From Candidatus Omnitrophota bacterium (GTDB taxonomy: Bacteria; Omnitrophota; Gorgyraeia; Zapsychrales; Fredricksoniimonadaceae): DNA of 64,000 bases. A model generated the notes under the pieces. The model was not told where the DNA came from, did no database searches, and saw nothing but the letters and a program-made list of their open reading frames with translations. Positions 44,184 through 52,626 of the stretch are shown here, in pieces. Location of the stretch: NCBI GenBank assembly GCA_903861305.1, contig CAIOTT010000007.1, positions 6,027 to 70,026 on the forward strand, written 5' to 3'. Each line of letters starts with the position of its first letter. Positions within the stretch are counted from its first letter, which is position 1. The position numbers and the translations under genes were made by a program.

Positions 44184-46943
44184 TCATGACGCCGGGACAC
44201 TGCTCTTGCCGCCATCCAGTCCCAGGAAAAACGGCATATTATCCATGGGCTTCACCTCAAGGATCACGGGCACGAACCCGCTGATGCCCTGACGGATCAT
44301 CTCGACCTGCGCGGGTGTGAGTTCAAACCTGATCTCCCCGCCATCACCCCGCAACCGCAGGTCCATGGCCCCGGTATTGAGGTTGATACCACCTCTGGTG
44401 GTATCGGCAGCGCTGTCCTCCCCGGTCTCCAGTTCCAGTTCCGATTCGTTTTCTCGCCGGCGCCGCATAAAAGTCTCCGTAACGGTCATCTTGCTGAAGT
44501 TCTCATTCCTGTTCGGCCATAACGACGCCAGCAATGCGAGCGGGCTCAAGGCCCCAAGCCTCAAAGGGTTGACCGAAGTTTCCAGGGCGGCTTTCATCTT
44601 CTTAACATCCTCGGGCGTTCTCATCGGCAGCAAATGGTCATCTGCCGCGGTTTTATACTCCCCGACGATCTTATCCTCCAAGGGGGTGAGCCTTAACGGG
44701 GTTGTCCGGGTAACAGCACGCGGGGTCTTTGCCTTGCCCGCTTTGTTGTTCATCGTCAGCAAACCTTTCTCAGTCTGGATCCCCTTGCTCCGGGCGATGT
44801 CATCCCAAGCTTCCAGAACGATCCCTGATTTCTGCACAACATAGGTGACAAACCCGGATATCCCCTTCCCCGCCAACTTCTTTCCTTTGTCGAGGGACGT
44901 CAAGGTGTTCTTCATTACCACGTAGAACGTGCGCACACTTTTATTCGGCCCCGCATCCTGCATCACGCAAAAAAGCACCACCCATCCGAAGACATTCAAC
45001 TTGTTATCCTTATCAAGATACACCTTCGCCAGCCTCGGGTCCTGCGGCAATCTGTGAAAACGATTTTTGATGTCCCGCGCGTTCAACGCCCCGCGGCCCT
45101 GCAATATCCTTTCCAGCGCCGCGGCTTTCTTTTCCAGGTATGGAAGTTGTTTCTCCCACAATTTTACCGTCTGGCGGATATTTGTTTCAGGATTTATGAG
45201 ATTGGCGGCCGTGAATCGTTCCAGCATCTGCAGCAGGCCTGTCGCCCCTGTCTGGTCGTTGTATTCCCTGTGGTCGAAGGAAGACTCCCTGGCGATCAGG
45301 CCCGTGACCACCCGCACAAACCTTGGAAAATCAAACTTCGTTTTAATGTGTTCGGTCCCCTCCCAGCTTTCACGCAACACATGCGCCAGCCGCTCCGCCG
45401 TGATACCCATCCTGTCCCAGGCCCTATCCTCACTGATCTCACCCCATTTCCTCTCCCTGTACTCTCCGTTCATCTCTACAACCGCATGGGACACCGCTTC
45501 ACGCACAAGCTGTGTGTCACTCTTTCCCGAAACCCCCATAGGATCTGCCGTGTTCACGGAAGTTTCCAGTCCAACGCCCAGTCTGTCTTTCAGCACAGAC
45601 TCTGCCTCTAAAGACAATGCAGAAACGCCCATGGCCTTGTTCCCCGGAAGGATCATGGATGCCTGCAGCGTATTCACCGGAGTGATCGCCAGCATCACCG
45701 TAAGGACCGTCCGCCGGAACAAGGAACCCGGACGCAACCTTTTCTTTGCATCTTCCAGCAAGGTTGAAACACGCTGGAACCGGTCGTTTTTTTTCTGGAC
45801 CCATCCAGGGAGAGGCTCCATCCTGGACTCGATCACCTGCCTGATCTTCCCAGCTTCAAAACCCCCCGAGAAATACTTGCGCGGGATAAGCTCCCCCGAA
45901 TACTTGTCCTGGTCCTCCTTGATCAGGTTGTAAGCGCCCTGCTTGAAAGCCTGGACATACAGCGTGTACACATCATCGATGGCCGCGCGGGGGTCCGGCG
46001 TTTCAATGCCGCCTGTTTTCTTGCGGTCCACAAAAATACGGGATAAAATATTGGTGTTTTTCTCATCCTGCCGGACACCGACCTCGACGCTCTGAAGTTT
46101 TTTCTTGAGCCATACGGCCAGCAACAGGGAATAGTACACCTGGCGCAAACGGGCAAAATTCTTCCCTTCGTTCACTTCCTTTTCCAGGGCCGGCAGGATC
46201 ACATCCCGAACGACCTGTTTCGATATGTCCTGTGTATTCCCGCCAACAGCGTTCGTTTGTCCCGACGTTCCCGTGCCGTGCGCCGCGGCCAGATAGTCGG
46301 TCTCCAGCATGACCTTCAACCGCGCCTCATCGATGAACCCGCTCAGATCCTGGCCACCTTGTGCCCCGGCGCCTTTACCCTCATACACCACGGCGCTCGC
46401 GGGCATGATCCAGACCTTGTTGAACGTGTCAACCGGGATATCCGTCGTACCGAACCTTTGCCAGGCCTCGGCGTAGATCTTGTCCCAGAATTTCTTGCCA
46501 AGAACAGTATCCGGATGCATCAACGATGCGGTCAGCTGTTTGAGGATATAATCCTGGGCCAGGAGTTCACGGCCCATGGTGGTGCGTCCGAAGTCGTCAT
46601 CGACGATACGGTTATTCTCGTACGGCGAGAGGTTGACCCAGATGTCCTTTTCAGGGGTCGTGAGCGCGGCCAGGAAAAAACGGATGAGCATATCGGACTC
46701 GGCCTTGAACGCATCGGACGTCAGAACAGCATCGCCATCATCCAGGATAAATTCAAAATTGAAAGGCGCCCTGGCATCCAGTTTCAAGCCACGCAAGAGG
46801 CAAGGCTGAAAGGCCGGCGTCAATCCGAGGGTCTCATGGATCGGAGGCAACGCGACACCCTCGGAGCGAACGGGCAGCGTGAGCGTGTCCATAATAAATA
46901 CTGCCAGAATGAATAAAATAATGATTTTGCGCATGCGAACCAT
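44184..46943 (-). CDS. Modular envelope protein, family copy P1 (919 aa): signal peptide, conserved N-domain, second hydrophobic segment, lytic-transglycosylase-like core, shared C-terminal GGIDL tag
   Basis: Signal-like N-terminus: MRKIIILFILAVFIM. The N-domain (aa ~30-362) is shared with 48136..49971, 57204..60338 and 60352..64000. SLT-like motif: LIARESSFDHREYNDQTGATGLLQM. C-tag: GGINLNTGAMDLRLRGDGGEIRFELTPAQVEMIRQGISGFVPVILEVKPMDNMPFFLG. Confidence 0.8.
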   Translation of the reverse strand: MVRMRKIIILFILAVFIMDTLTLPVRSEGVALPPIHETLGLTPAFQPCLLRGLKLDARAPFNFEFILDDGDAVLTSDAFKAESDMLIRFFLAALTTPEKDIWVNLSPYENNRIVDDDFGRTTMGRELLAQDYILKQLTASLMHPDTVLGKKFWDKIYAEAWQRFGTTDIPVDTFNKVWIMPASAVVYEGKGAGAQGGQDLSGFIDEARLKVMLETDYLAAAHGTGTSGQTNAVGGNTQDISKQVVRDVILPALEKEVNEGKNFARLRQVYYSLLLAVWLKKKLQSVEVGVRQDEKNTNILSRIFVDRKKTGGIETPDPRAAIDDVYTLYVQAFKQGAYNLIKEDQDKYSGELIPRKYFSGGFEAGKIRQVIESRMEPLPGWVQKKNDRFQRVSTLLEDAKKRLRPGSLFRRTVLTVMLAITPVNTLQASMILPGNKAMGVSALSLEAESVLKDRLGVGLETSVNTADPMGVSGKSDTQLVREAVSHAVVEMNGEYRERKWGEISEDRAWDRMGITAERLAHVLRESWEGTEHIKTKFDFPRFVRVVTGLIARESSFDHREYNDQTGATGLLQMLERFTAANLINPETNIRQTVKLWEKQLPYLEKKAAALERILQGRGALNARDIKNRFHRLPQDPRLAKVYLDKDNKLNVFGWVVLFCVMQDAGPNKSVRTFYVVMKNTLTSLDKGKKLAGKGISGFVTYVVQKSGIVLEAWDDIARSKGIQTEKGLLTMNNKAGKAKTPRAVTRTTPLRLTPLEDKIVGEYKTAADDHLLPMRTPEDVKKMKAALETSVNPLRLGALSPLALLASLWPNRNENFSKMTVTETFMRRRRENESELELETGEDSAADTTRGGINLNTGAMDLRLRGDGGEIRFELTPAQVEMIRQGISGFVPVILEVKPMDNMPFFLGLDGGKSSVPAS

Positions 46944-47127
46944 AAAGCCCCCGAACGATCGATCCGGTTAATATTTAAAGTATAACTTATAAAGAAACCG
47001 GAAAAGGGACGTAACGGGGCTTTTGTGAAAAGGCTTTCCTGAAATACACAAAGATATCTGTAAACTATTGCTATTGTTGATGATTTAACGTTCGAACAAC
47101 ATCAGGAAAGCAATAAAAAATTGAAAA

Positions 47128-48108
47128 TTACGTTGCCGCAGAAGCCTGCTTGCCAAAACCCAGGAACATCCGGACATCGCTGACGGGTTGAACATTGATT
47201 ATAAGAGGAAGGATGCCCTGGACATCCTGGTCCAGCGCTTTGATCTGCGCCGGGGAAAGGTCGAACCTGAAAGATCCCGCATCGCCTTGAACATCCATAC
47301 CCGCAGCCTGGTCCGTGAGGTCGATACCGCCGTAGGGATCCATGTCTGTGCCACGCGCCTGACCCTTGTCAACACTCGCACTATCTCGCAGTGTTCTATA
47401 AACCTCCCCCTGATATCGCAACTTCTTATATCCTCGATTGGTAGTACCAATAACGGCATCCGCGTAGGTTGACGGCTTCCATACGCGAAAATTATTCTGT
47501 ACCGGGAAATATTGCATATTTTCAATACGTCGAAATTTCACCCAGGCACGGGAGAAAGCCACTAACTGTGGACGTGTCAACCTAGGGATAATATAAACTA
47601 ATGCTACCTGCCTGTTATTGGTCAGCTCAAAAAGCCGGCTTGCAGGTTTGGTATTAAAGACATTGGTCGGGATCGTTGCACGCACAGCCGCCGCAGCTTC
47701 CATTCTGACTTTTTGAGCAGCTCGCCACTGAATGTTCGCTTTCTTCTGAAACGCGACCTTCTCCGTTACGGACATGGCGCCATACTTGTAAATATCTATA
47801 AATGCCAGTCCTTCCAGATTATCACCTGCATTCCATTTCATGCCTATCACCTTCAATCGCATTGTTGTCAAATCATGCATTTTATATGCCGGGTTCTTAC
47901 GTAATGAATCAACAATATCCGAAAACCCTTTCACACGGGCATTGATCATATTCTTATAATCAGAAGGAACATCAAGACCGTAACGTTCAATGATCATCTT
48001 CCTGTCGATGCTGTTAACAATCTCACTGACAGGAAGAGGCTGGTCCTTGACCATATGGTTCATCCAGATCATCATCATCATGATGCTCCTGTCAGGATTG
48101 ACCACCAT
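47128..48108 (-). CDS. C-terminal portion of family copy P2 (326 aa) carrying the shared C-terminal GGIDL tag
   Basis: Ends GGIDLTDQAAGMDVQGDAGSFRFDLSPAQIKALDQDVQGILPLIINVQPVSDVRMFLGF. It has no signal peptide of its own. It is in the same reading frame as 48136..49971, separated only by a TAG plus 9 sense codons. Confidence 0.6.
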   Translation of the reverse strand: MVVNPDRSIMMMMIWMNHMVKDQPLPVSEIVNSIDRKMIIERYGLDVPSDYKNMINARVKGFSDIVDSLRKNPAYKMHDLTTMRLKVIGMKWNAGDNLEGLAFIDIYKYGAMSVTEKVAFQKKANIQWRAAQKVRMEAAAAVRATIPTNVFNTKPASRLFELTNNRQVALVYIIPRLTRPQLVAFSRAWVKFRRIENMQYFPVQNNFRVWKPSTYADAVIGTTNRGYKKLRYQGEVYRTLRDSASVDKGQARGTDMDPYGGIDLTDQAAGMDVQGDAGSFRFDLSPAQIKALDQDVQGILPLIINVQPVSDVRMFLGFGKQASAAT

Positions 48109-48135
48109 GTCCTTGGATGAGACCTTGTCCTTACG

Positions 48136-48138
48136 CTA
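48136..48138 (-). other. Single in-frame TAG codon separating two same-frame ORFs of family copy P2
   Basis: 49971 and 48108 are both congruent to 0 mod 3. The minus strand reads ...GAG AAG AAC ATC TAG CGT AAG GAC AAG GTC TCA TCC AAG GAC ATG GTG GTC... Confidence 0.85.
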
Positions 48139-49971
48139 GATGTTCTTCTCACGCGATCCAAGTTCTTTATTCTTTTCTTGCTGAAGCTCATTGTAGTACT
48201 TGATGAACTCGGGTGGCATCATCTTCAATTCTTTCTCGGCGACAAAAACATTCGTAAGCCATGTACTATATTCGGTCTGGCTTGCGCTTCTTGCCTGCAA
48301 CACAACCTCCTTGCCGTCCTTCGTCCGAATAACAATATTTTGTTCCTTCAACATATTACCGTTAGTTTCACGCGCCATGATACTAAAAATAAGACGCGTG
48401 AGATCATGAACAGTCAAACCGTTCTTTCTAAGATCAGAACCAAAATGATCAAAATGCTTGTTAATGATATGCGTAACCCTCACCGCCATGGCTCGTTTCA
48501 TACGGTCCTTCGCCACAGCATCAAGCCCGGCAGGAACCTTCTTGGCTAAAATACCTGCCAAAAAATCCAGATCATCAATCTTCGCAGCCTTACCGTTGAT
48601 AAGGCCGCTGTCATATTGTTGTTTACCCGAAGTCACAACATGAACAATATCCACCACCTCCCTGGCGTCCAGTTTTTGGGAGGAAACAGCTGTTACCGTG
48701 ATTTTTTCCTGTTGCGGCACATGCGAATAGTACGCAAACCAGCCCATAGCCCCAAAAGACATCACCACCGCCATCTTCAACAAAAGATCTTTGCCAGCCA
48801 GTTTCCTAAGCAAGACCCCCACTTTTGTTAATTTTCCCAGGGCATTATCAGGCGGCCCCTTCTTGATCTCCATCGAAGCGTCAAAATCTTCCCCCGTGGT
48901 AAACCCGCCGGAGAAATACTTGCGCGGGATAAGTTCCTGGGAATAGGTATCCACCTCTTCCTTGATCAGGCTGTAAGCGCCTTTCCGGAACGCTTCCACG
49001 TACCTGTCATAGATCTGGCGGTCCTCTTCCTGCGGGTGCGCGATCTCGTTGCCGAGCGTCTTGTGCCGGTCGATGAACACCTGGGCGAAGGCATTGGGAC
49101 CCGTCCGCTTAACCCCTGTCACACGGCCGGCGCCCGCCATCAATTTCTTTTTGAGCCAGGCCGAAAGGACCAGGGAATGCACGATCTGGCGGAGTGTCGC
49201 GAAATTCGCGCCTTCATTGACCTCTTTCTCCAGCACCGGCACAACGACCTGGCGCAAAACTTCTTTGGCCATGAGTACGGCGCTGCTGTCAGGGGTTCCA
49301 GTTGGGGCCACAAGCGCATTGGCCTGGGCCGCCACATAATCCGACTCGAGCATTACCTTTAACTCGACCTTATCCACAAAGGCGGATATCTGTTTCCCGT
49401 CAGGGCTCAGCATCTCATGCAGCAGCGAACGGCCCGGCATGATCCAAACCTTGTTGAACGTGTCCACCGGGATATCCGTCGTGCCGTAAGCCTCGTAAGC
49501 GCGGCGGTAGACTTCCTTCCAGAACACCTTGCCCGTTGCTCCGTCCGGATGCAGCAAGGACGCGGTCAACTGCTTGAGGATATAATCCTGGGCCAGCAGG
49601 TCGCGCCCCATGGCGGTACGCCCCAGGTCCTCCTGGACAATCCGCTGGCTTTCATACGGCGACAGATTGACCCACAGGTCCTTGTTAGGGATGGTCAACG
49701 ATACCAGGAAATATTTGATCAGCCGCAGGGACTCGTCATTGAATTCCTGTGCTGATAATGACGCGCGGCCTTGATCGAACAAAAAATCCATGCGCAAAGG
49801 GTCCTTCGCGTCCACCCGCATCCCCCGCAGGAGGCAGGGCGCGCTCACAGGACTGAGCGCCAACACCTGACCGGGTGGCGGAAGCACAAGCTGCTGCGCC
49901 ATGGCCGCGGGAACAACCCCGGTCACGATGAACGCCAGGCAGACAAATGACGTAATGATACGTTTAATCAT
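48136..49971 (-). CDS. N-terminal portion of family copy P2 (611 aa): signal peptide, conserved N-domain, TM segment, degenerate transglycosylase-like segment
   Basis: Signal peptide: MIKRIITSFVCLAFIVTGVVPAAMAQ. N-domain motifs: NLSPYESQRIVQEDLGRTAMGRDLLAQDYILKQLTASLLHP, GTTDIPVDTFNKVWIMP, LEKEVNEGANFATLRQ, IPRKYFSGGF. TM segment: LLLKMAVVMSFGAMGWFAYY. IMARETNG aligns with LIARESSF of P1. Confidence 0.75.
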   Translation of the reverse strand: MIKRIITSFVCLAFIVTGVVPAAMAQQLVLPPPGQVLALSPVSAPCLLRGMRVDAKDPLRMDFLFDQGRASLSAQEFNDESLRLIKYFLVSLTIPNKDLWVNLSPYESQRIVQEDLGRTAMGRDLLAQDYILKQLTASLLHPDGATGKVFWKEVYRRAYEAYGTTDIPVDTFNKVWIMPGRSLLHEMLSPDGKQISAFVDKVELKVMLESDYVAAQANALVAPTGTPDSSAVLMAKEVLRQVVVPVLEKEVNEGANFATLRQIVHSLVLSAWLKKKLMAGAGRVTGVKRTGPNAFAQVFIDRHKTLGNEIAHPQEEDRQIYDRYVEAFRKGAYSLIKEEVDTYSQELIPRKYFSGGFTTGEDFDASMEIKKGPPDNALGKLTKVGVLLRKLAGKDLLLKMAVVMSFGAMGWFAYYSHVPQQEKITVTAVSSQKLDAREVVDIVHVVTSGKQQYDSGLINGKAAKIDDLDFLAGILAKKVPAGLDAVAKDRMKRAMAVRVTHIINKHFDHFGSDLRKNGLTVHDLTRLIFSIMARETNGNMLKEQNIVIRTKDGKEVVLQARSASQTEYSTWLTNVFVAEKELKMMPPEFIKYYNELQQEKNKELGSREKNI

Positions 49972-50112
49972 TTCAGGCCCTTCATGACTGAATGGATCTA
50001 ACCAACCACCATTAAAAGTATAAACTAGTTATTGATGTCGAAACAACGAGGGCAGAGGAAAGCGGGAAAACGGTTTCCTGAAAGGATGAACAATTAATCT
50101 AAAGTATTAGTA

Positions 50113-50850
50113 TTATTCAAGATACTTCGCTGACTTAATATTCCTTTCCAAATGATATATAAGGAAATTATTCAATACCTGCCTCAATTCCCGCTTGACG
50201 GACAAAGGCAGGACAAGTTTTAGGCACTGCGCCCAGGGATGCTTTCCGGCGTACACCAGCGATGCAATGGTCCCCGGCGAGACCGACATGAGCGCCATGT
50301 CCTTTCTCTGGCACCGGGGGCAAACGAGCCCGCCCTTGTAGGTGCTGAATTTCTCGCGCCCCTGAAGCCCGCCGCCGCACTGAACGCACGAATCAATATG
50401 CGGCTGGAACCCCGAAAGGGCCAGCACCTTGATCTGGAACAAATGGACCAGGCGCCCCACATCCCGCGCCCGTCCGAGCGCCGCGCAATAATCCAGCAGG
50501 AGTTCGTAGACCGCCTCATTCTTCTGCTCCACAGGCATGATCTTGTTGACGAGCTCACAGGCGTACTCACCCGCCGTGATGCGGCGGATATCAAGGCGGA
50601 CATCCGGGAAATACTCCTTCATGTCGCACTGGCTGATAAGATGCACGTCGCTGTTGCGGTACTGGTAATAGACGATGTCGTTGACAGAAAGCTTGTCGAG
50701 CGAGGTGTGGAATTTGCGCGGGTCTTTGCGGATCCCCTTCAGGACCCCCTTCACCTTCCCGTGGGAACGGGTATAAAAAAAAGCGATCTTGCTGGTCTCG
50801 CGGAGGTCGATCGAACGAAGAACTATCCCTTCGGTGGAAATGATAGCCAT
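50113..50850 (-). CDS. recO: DNA repair protein RecO
   Basis: MAIISTEGIVLRSIDLRETSKIAFFYTRSHGKVKGVLKGIRK is an OB-fold N-terminus. A zinc-finger CxxC...CxxC follows (CVQCGG...LVCPRC). Confidence 0.9.
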   Translation of the reverse strand: MAIISTEGIVLRSIDLRETSKIAFFYTRSHGKVKGVLKGIRKDPRKFHTSLDKLSVNDIVYYQYRNSDVHLISQCDMKEYFPDVRLDIRRITAGEYACELVNKIMPVEQKNEAVYELLLDYCAALGRARDVGRLVHLFQIKVLALSGFQPHIDSCVQCGGGLQGREKFSTYKGGLVCPRCQRKDMALMSVSPGTIASLVYAGKHPWAQCLKLVLPLSVKRELRQVLNNFLIYHLERNIKSAKYLE

Positions 50851-51260
50851 GAGAGCATCTCATCCTCTTTACGGTGCATCTCGGCGCGCGCTTCAGGCGA
50901 GGCGTCATCGAATCCCAGAAGATGCAGGATGCCGTGCGCCACATAACGCAGCACCTCGCGCCGGGGTGTCTCATCAAAGGCACGCGCATTACGGTAAGCC
51001 TGCGCCGGACAAATGACCAACTCCCCGTCGAGAGGGGCGCCGGCGCGGTCCCTGAGGTCAAAGGTGATGATATCCGTAACGTGGTCATGCCCCAGGCGCT
51101 CCCGGTTGAGGCGCCGCATCGACACGGGTGTCACGAACACAACGGAAAGCGTCCCGGCTGGCTCGCCCGAACGGCGAAGGAACGTCGCGGCCGCCTTATT
51201 GACCGTCAGGCTCGGCAGAGGGACTTTCGTCCGCTGAGGATTTGCTACCGTGATGTCCAT
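50823..51260 (-). CDS. ybeY: rRNA maturation endoribonuclease YbeY
   Basis: HGILHLLGFDD metal-binding motif and TDIITFDL. The ATG at 51260 (MDITVANPQ...) is preferred over the longer track start at 51329. Confidence 0.9.
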   Translation of the reverse strand: MDITVANPQRTKVPLPSLTVNKAAATFLRRSGEPAGTLSVVFVTPVSMRRLNRERLGHDHVTDIITFDLRDRAGAPLDGELVICPAQAYRNARAFDETPRREVLRYVAHGILHLLGFDDASPEARAEMHRKEDEMLSWLSFPPKG

Positions 51261-52626
51261 TCGTCTTTTTGGCATTGGGATATTTGATACGGACATGGTA
51301 CATGGCGGCGAGCTCGCGCGAGAACACACCCGTCACCGTATCGATCTCGCGCAGCGTCAGCGCGCATTCATCCAGCTGTCCGTCAATGAACTTGTTGTTG
51401 ATGATCTTGCGGACCATGTCGCTGATCCTGTTGGGCGTATGCTCATCAAGCCCGCGGGTGGCACCTTCGACAGAATCCGCCAGCATGACAATGGCGGTCT
51501 CACGGGTCTGGGGCTTGGGCCCAAGATAGCGGTAATTCTCCTCGCTCACGGATTCTGTTTCCCCCTCGATGAGCGCCTTCTGATAAAAATAATGGATCAG
51601 GCTGGTGCCGTGATGCTGCTGGATGAAATCGATCAGCTTGGGGCTCAGCTTGTGCCGGCGCGCGATATCCACGCCTTCCTTCACGTGATTAAGGATCACC
51701 AGGCGGCTCATCGACGGCTCAAGGTCGTCGTGCTTGTTGTCGGCCATCATCTGGTTCTCCGTGAAATACTCGGGCTTCACCAGTTTGCCGATGTCATGAT
51801 AGTAAGAGCCGACACGCACCAAAAGAGCGTTCGCGCCGATAGCGTCGGCCGCGGCGCCCGCAAGGTTGCTGAGGATCAGGCTGTGGTGATAGGTTCCCGG
51901 AGCCTCAAAGGCCAGCCGTTTGATAAGAGGCTGCGTGAGCGAGTCCGAAAGTTCCAACAAGCTGAAATTTGTCAGTTCCCCGAAAAGAGTCTCAAATATC
52001 TTGAGCGTAGCCAGGACAGCCGCGGCAGATAAAAGGCCGCTGATGAAGAACGGCTGCAGGCCGTTCATCAAAATTTCCCGGGAAAAGACCGGATGCACCA
52101 GGAAATAACCCATCGCCTGCACGGCCCCCAGCAACAGCCCCGCGAACAGGACCGTGCCGCGCGTCCGTGTACCGCTGATGGCGTAAGCGCCTGTCAGCCC
52201 GCCGATGAAAACAATGATGCAGTAATCCAGCGGCATGCCGATCACAAGGCTCAGGACCGCGGACGCCATGAATGACATGGAGAACGCCAGCTGAAGGTCA
52301 TTGAACAACAGCATGGCGAGCATGGCCACGCTCGCCACGGGGATAGCGTAAGGCGAAAAATGCAGGAACTCGATCAGGGAACGCCCGGCGAAAACAATGA
52401 TCGTCAAAAGGAACCCGAGGTGCAGGAAACGTTTGGCTTCGAGATGCCTGAAAAATGCCAAATGACACCCGTAAAAAGCCACCAGCAAAGGGATGATCAA
52501 AGAAAGCCCGGCCAGCATGCAGTAACCGAGAAGAACAAAAAAGAAAACACCGGCCGCGATAAAGCCTTTTTTGGGTTTATTTATGATATTTATCATAAGC
52601 TTCAATGATCTTCTGTACCAGTTCAT
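51196..52626 (-). CDS. 7TM-receptor-type HD/HDIG phosphohydrolase (YqfF/PgpH-like)
   Basis: About 7 hydrophobic helices are followed by an HD domain (YHHSLILSNLAGAAADAIGANALLVRVGSYYHDIGK...QHHGTSL). The phoH - HD - ybeY order is conserved. Confidence 0.8.
   Translation of the reverse strand: MNWYRRSLKLMINIINKPKKGFIAAGVFFFVLLGYCMLAGLSLIIPLLVAFYGCHLAFFRHLEAKRFLHLGFLLTIIVFAGRSLIEFLHFSPYAIPVASVAMLAMLLFNDLQLAFSMSFMASAVLSLVIGMPLDYCIIVFIGGLTGAYAISGTRTRGTVLFAGLLLGAVQAMGYFLVHPVFSREILMNGLQPFFISGLLSAAAVLATLKIFETLFGELTNFSLLELSDSLTQPLIKRLAFEAPGTYHHSLILSNLAGAAADAIGANALLVRVGSYYHDIGKLVKPEYFTENQMMADNKHDDLEPSMSRLVILNHVKEGVDIARRHKLSPKLIDFIQQHHGTSLIHYFYQKALIEGETESVSEENYRYLGPKPQTRETAIVMLADSVEGATRGLDEHTPNRISDMVRKIINNKFIDGQLDECALTLREIDTVTGVFSRELAAMYHVRIKYPNAKKTNGHHGSKSSADESPSAEPDGQ

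Noticed and set aside
47045-47127. A possible terminator hairpin after the P2 C-terminal ORF (ttgctattgttgatg...catcaggaaagcaa, with a central GTTCGAAC palindrome)
   Set aside because: The stem has an unpaired 6-nt mismatch block in the middle and no following T-run on the minus strand. That is too weak to call.
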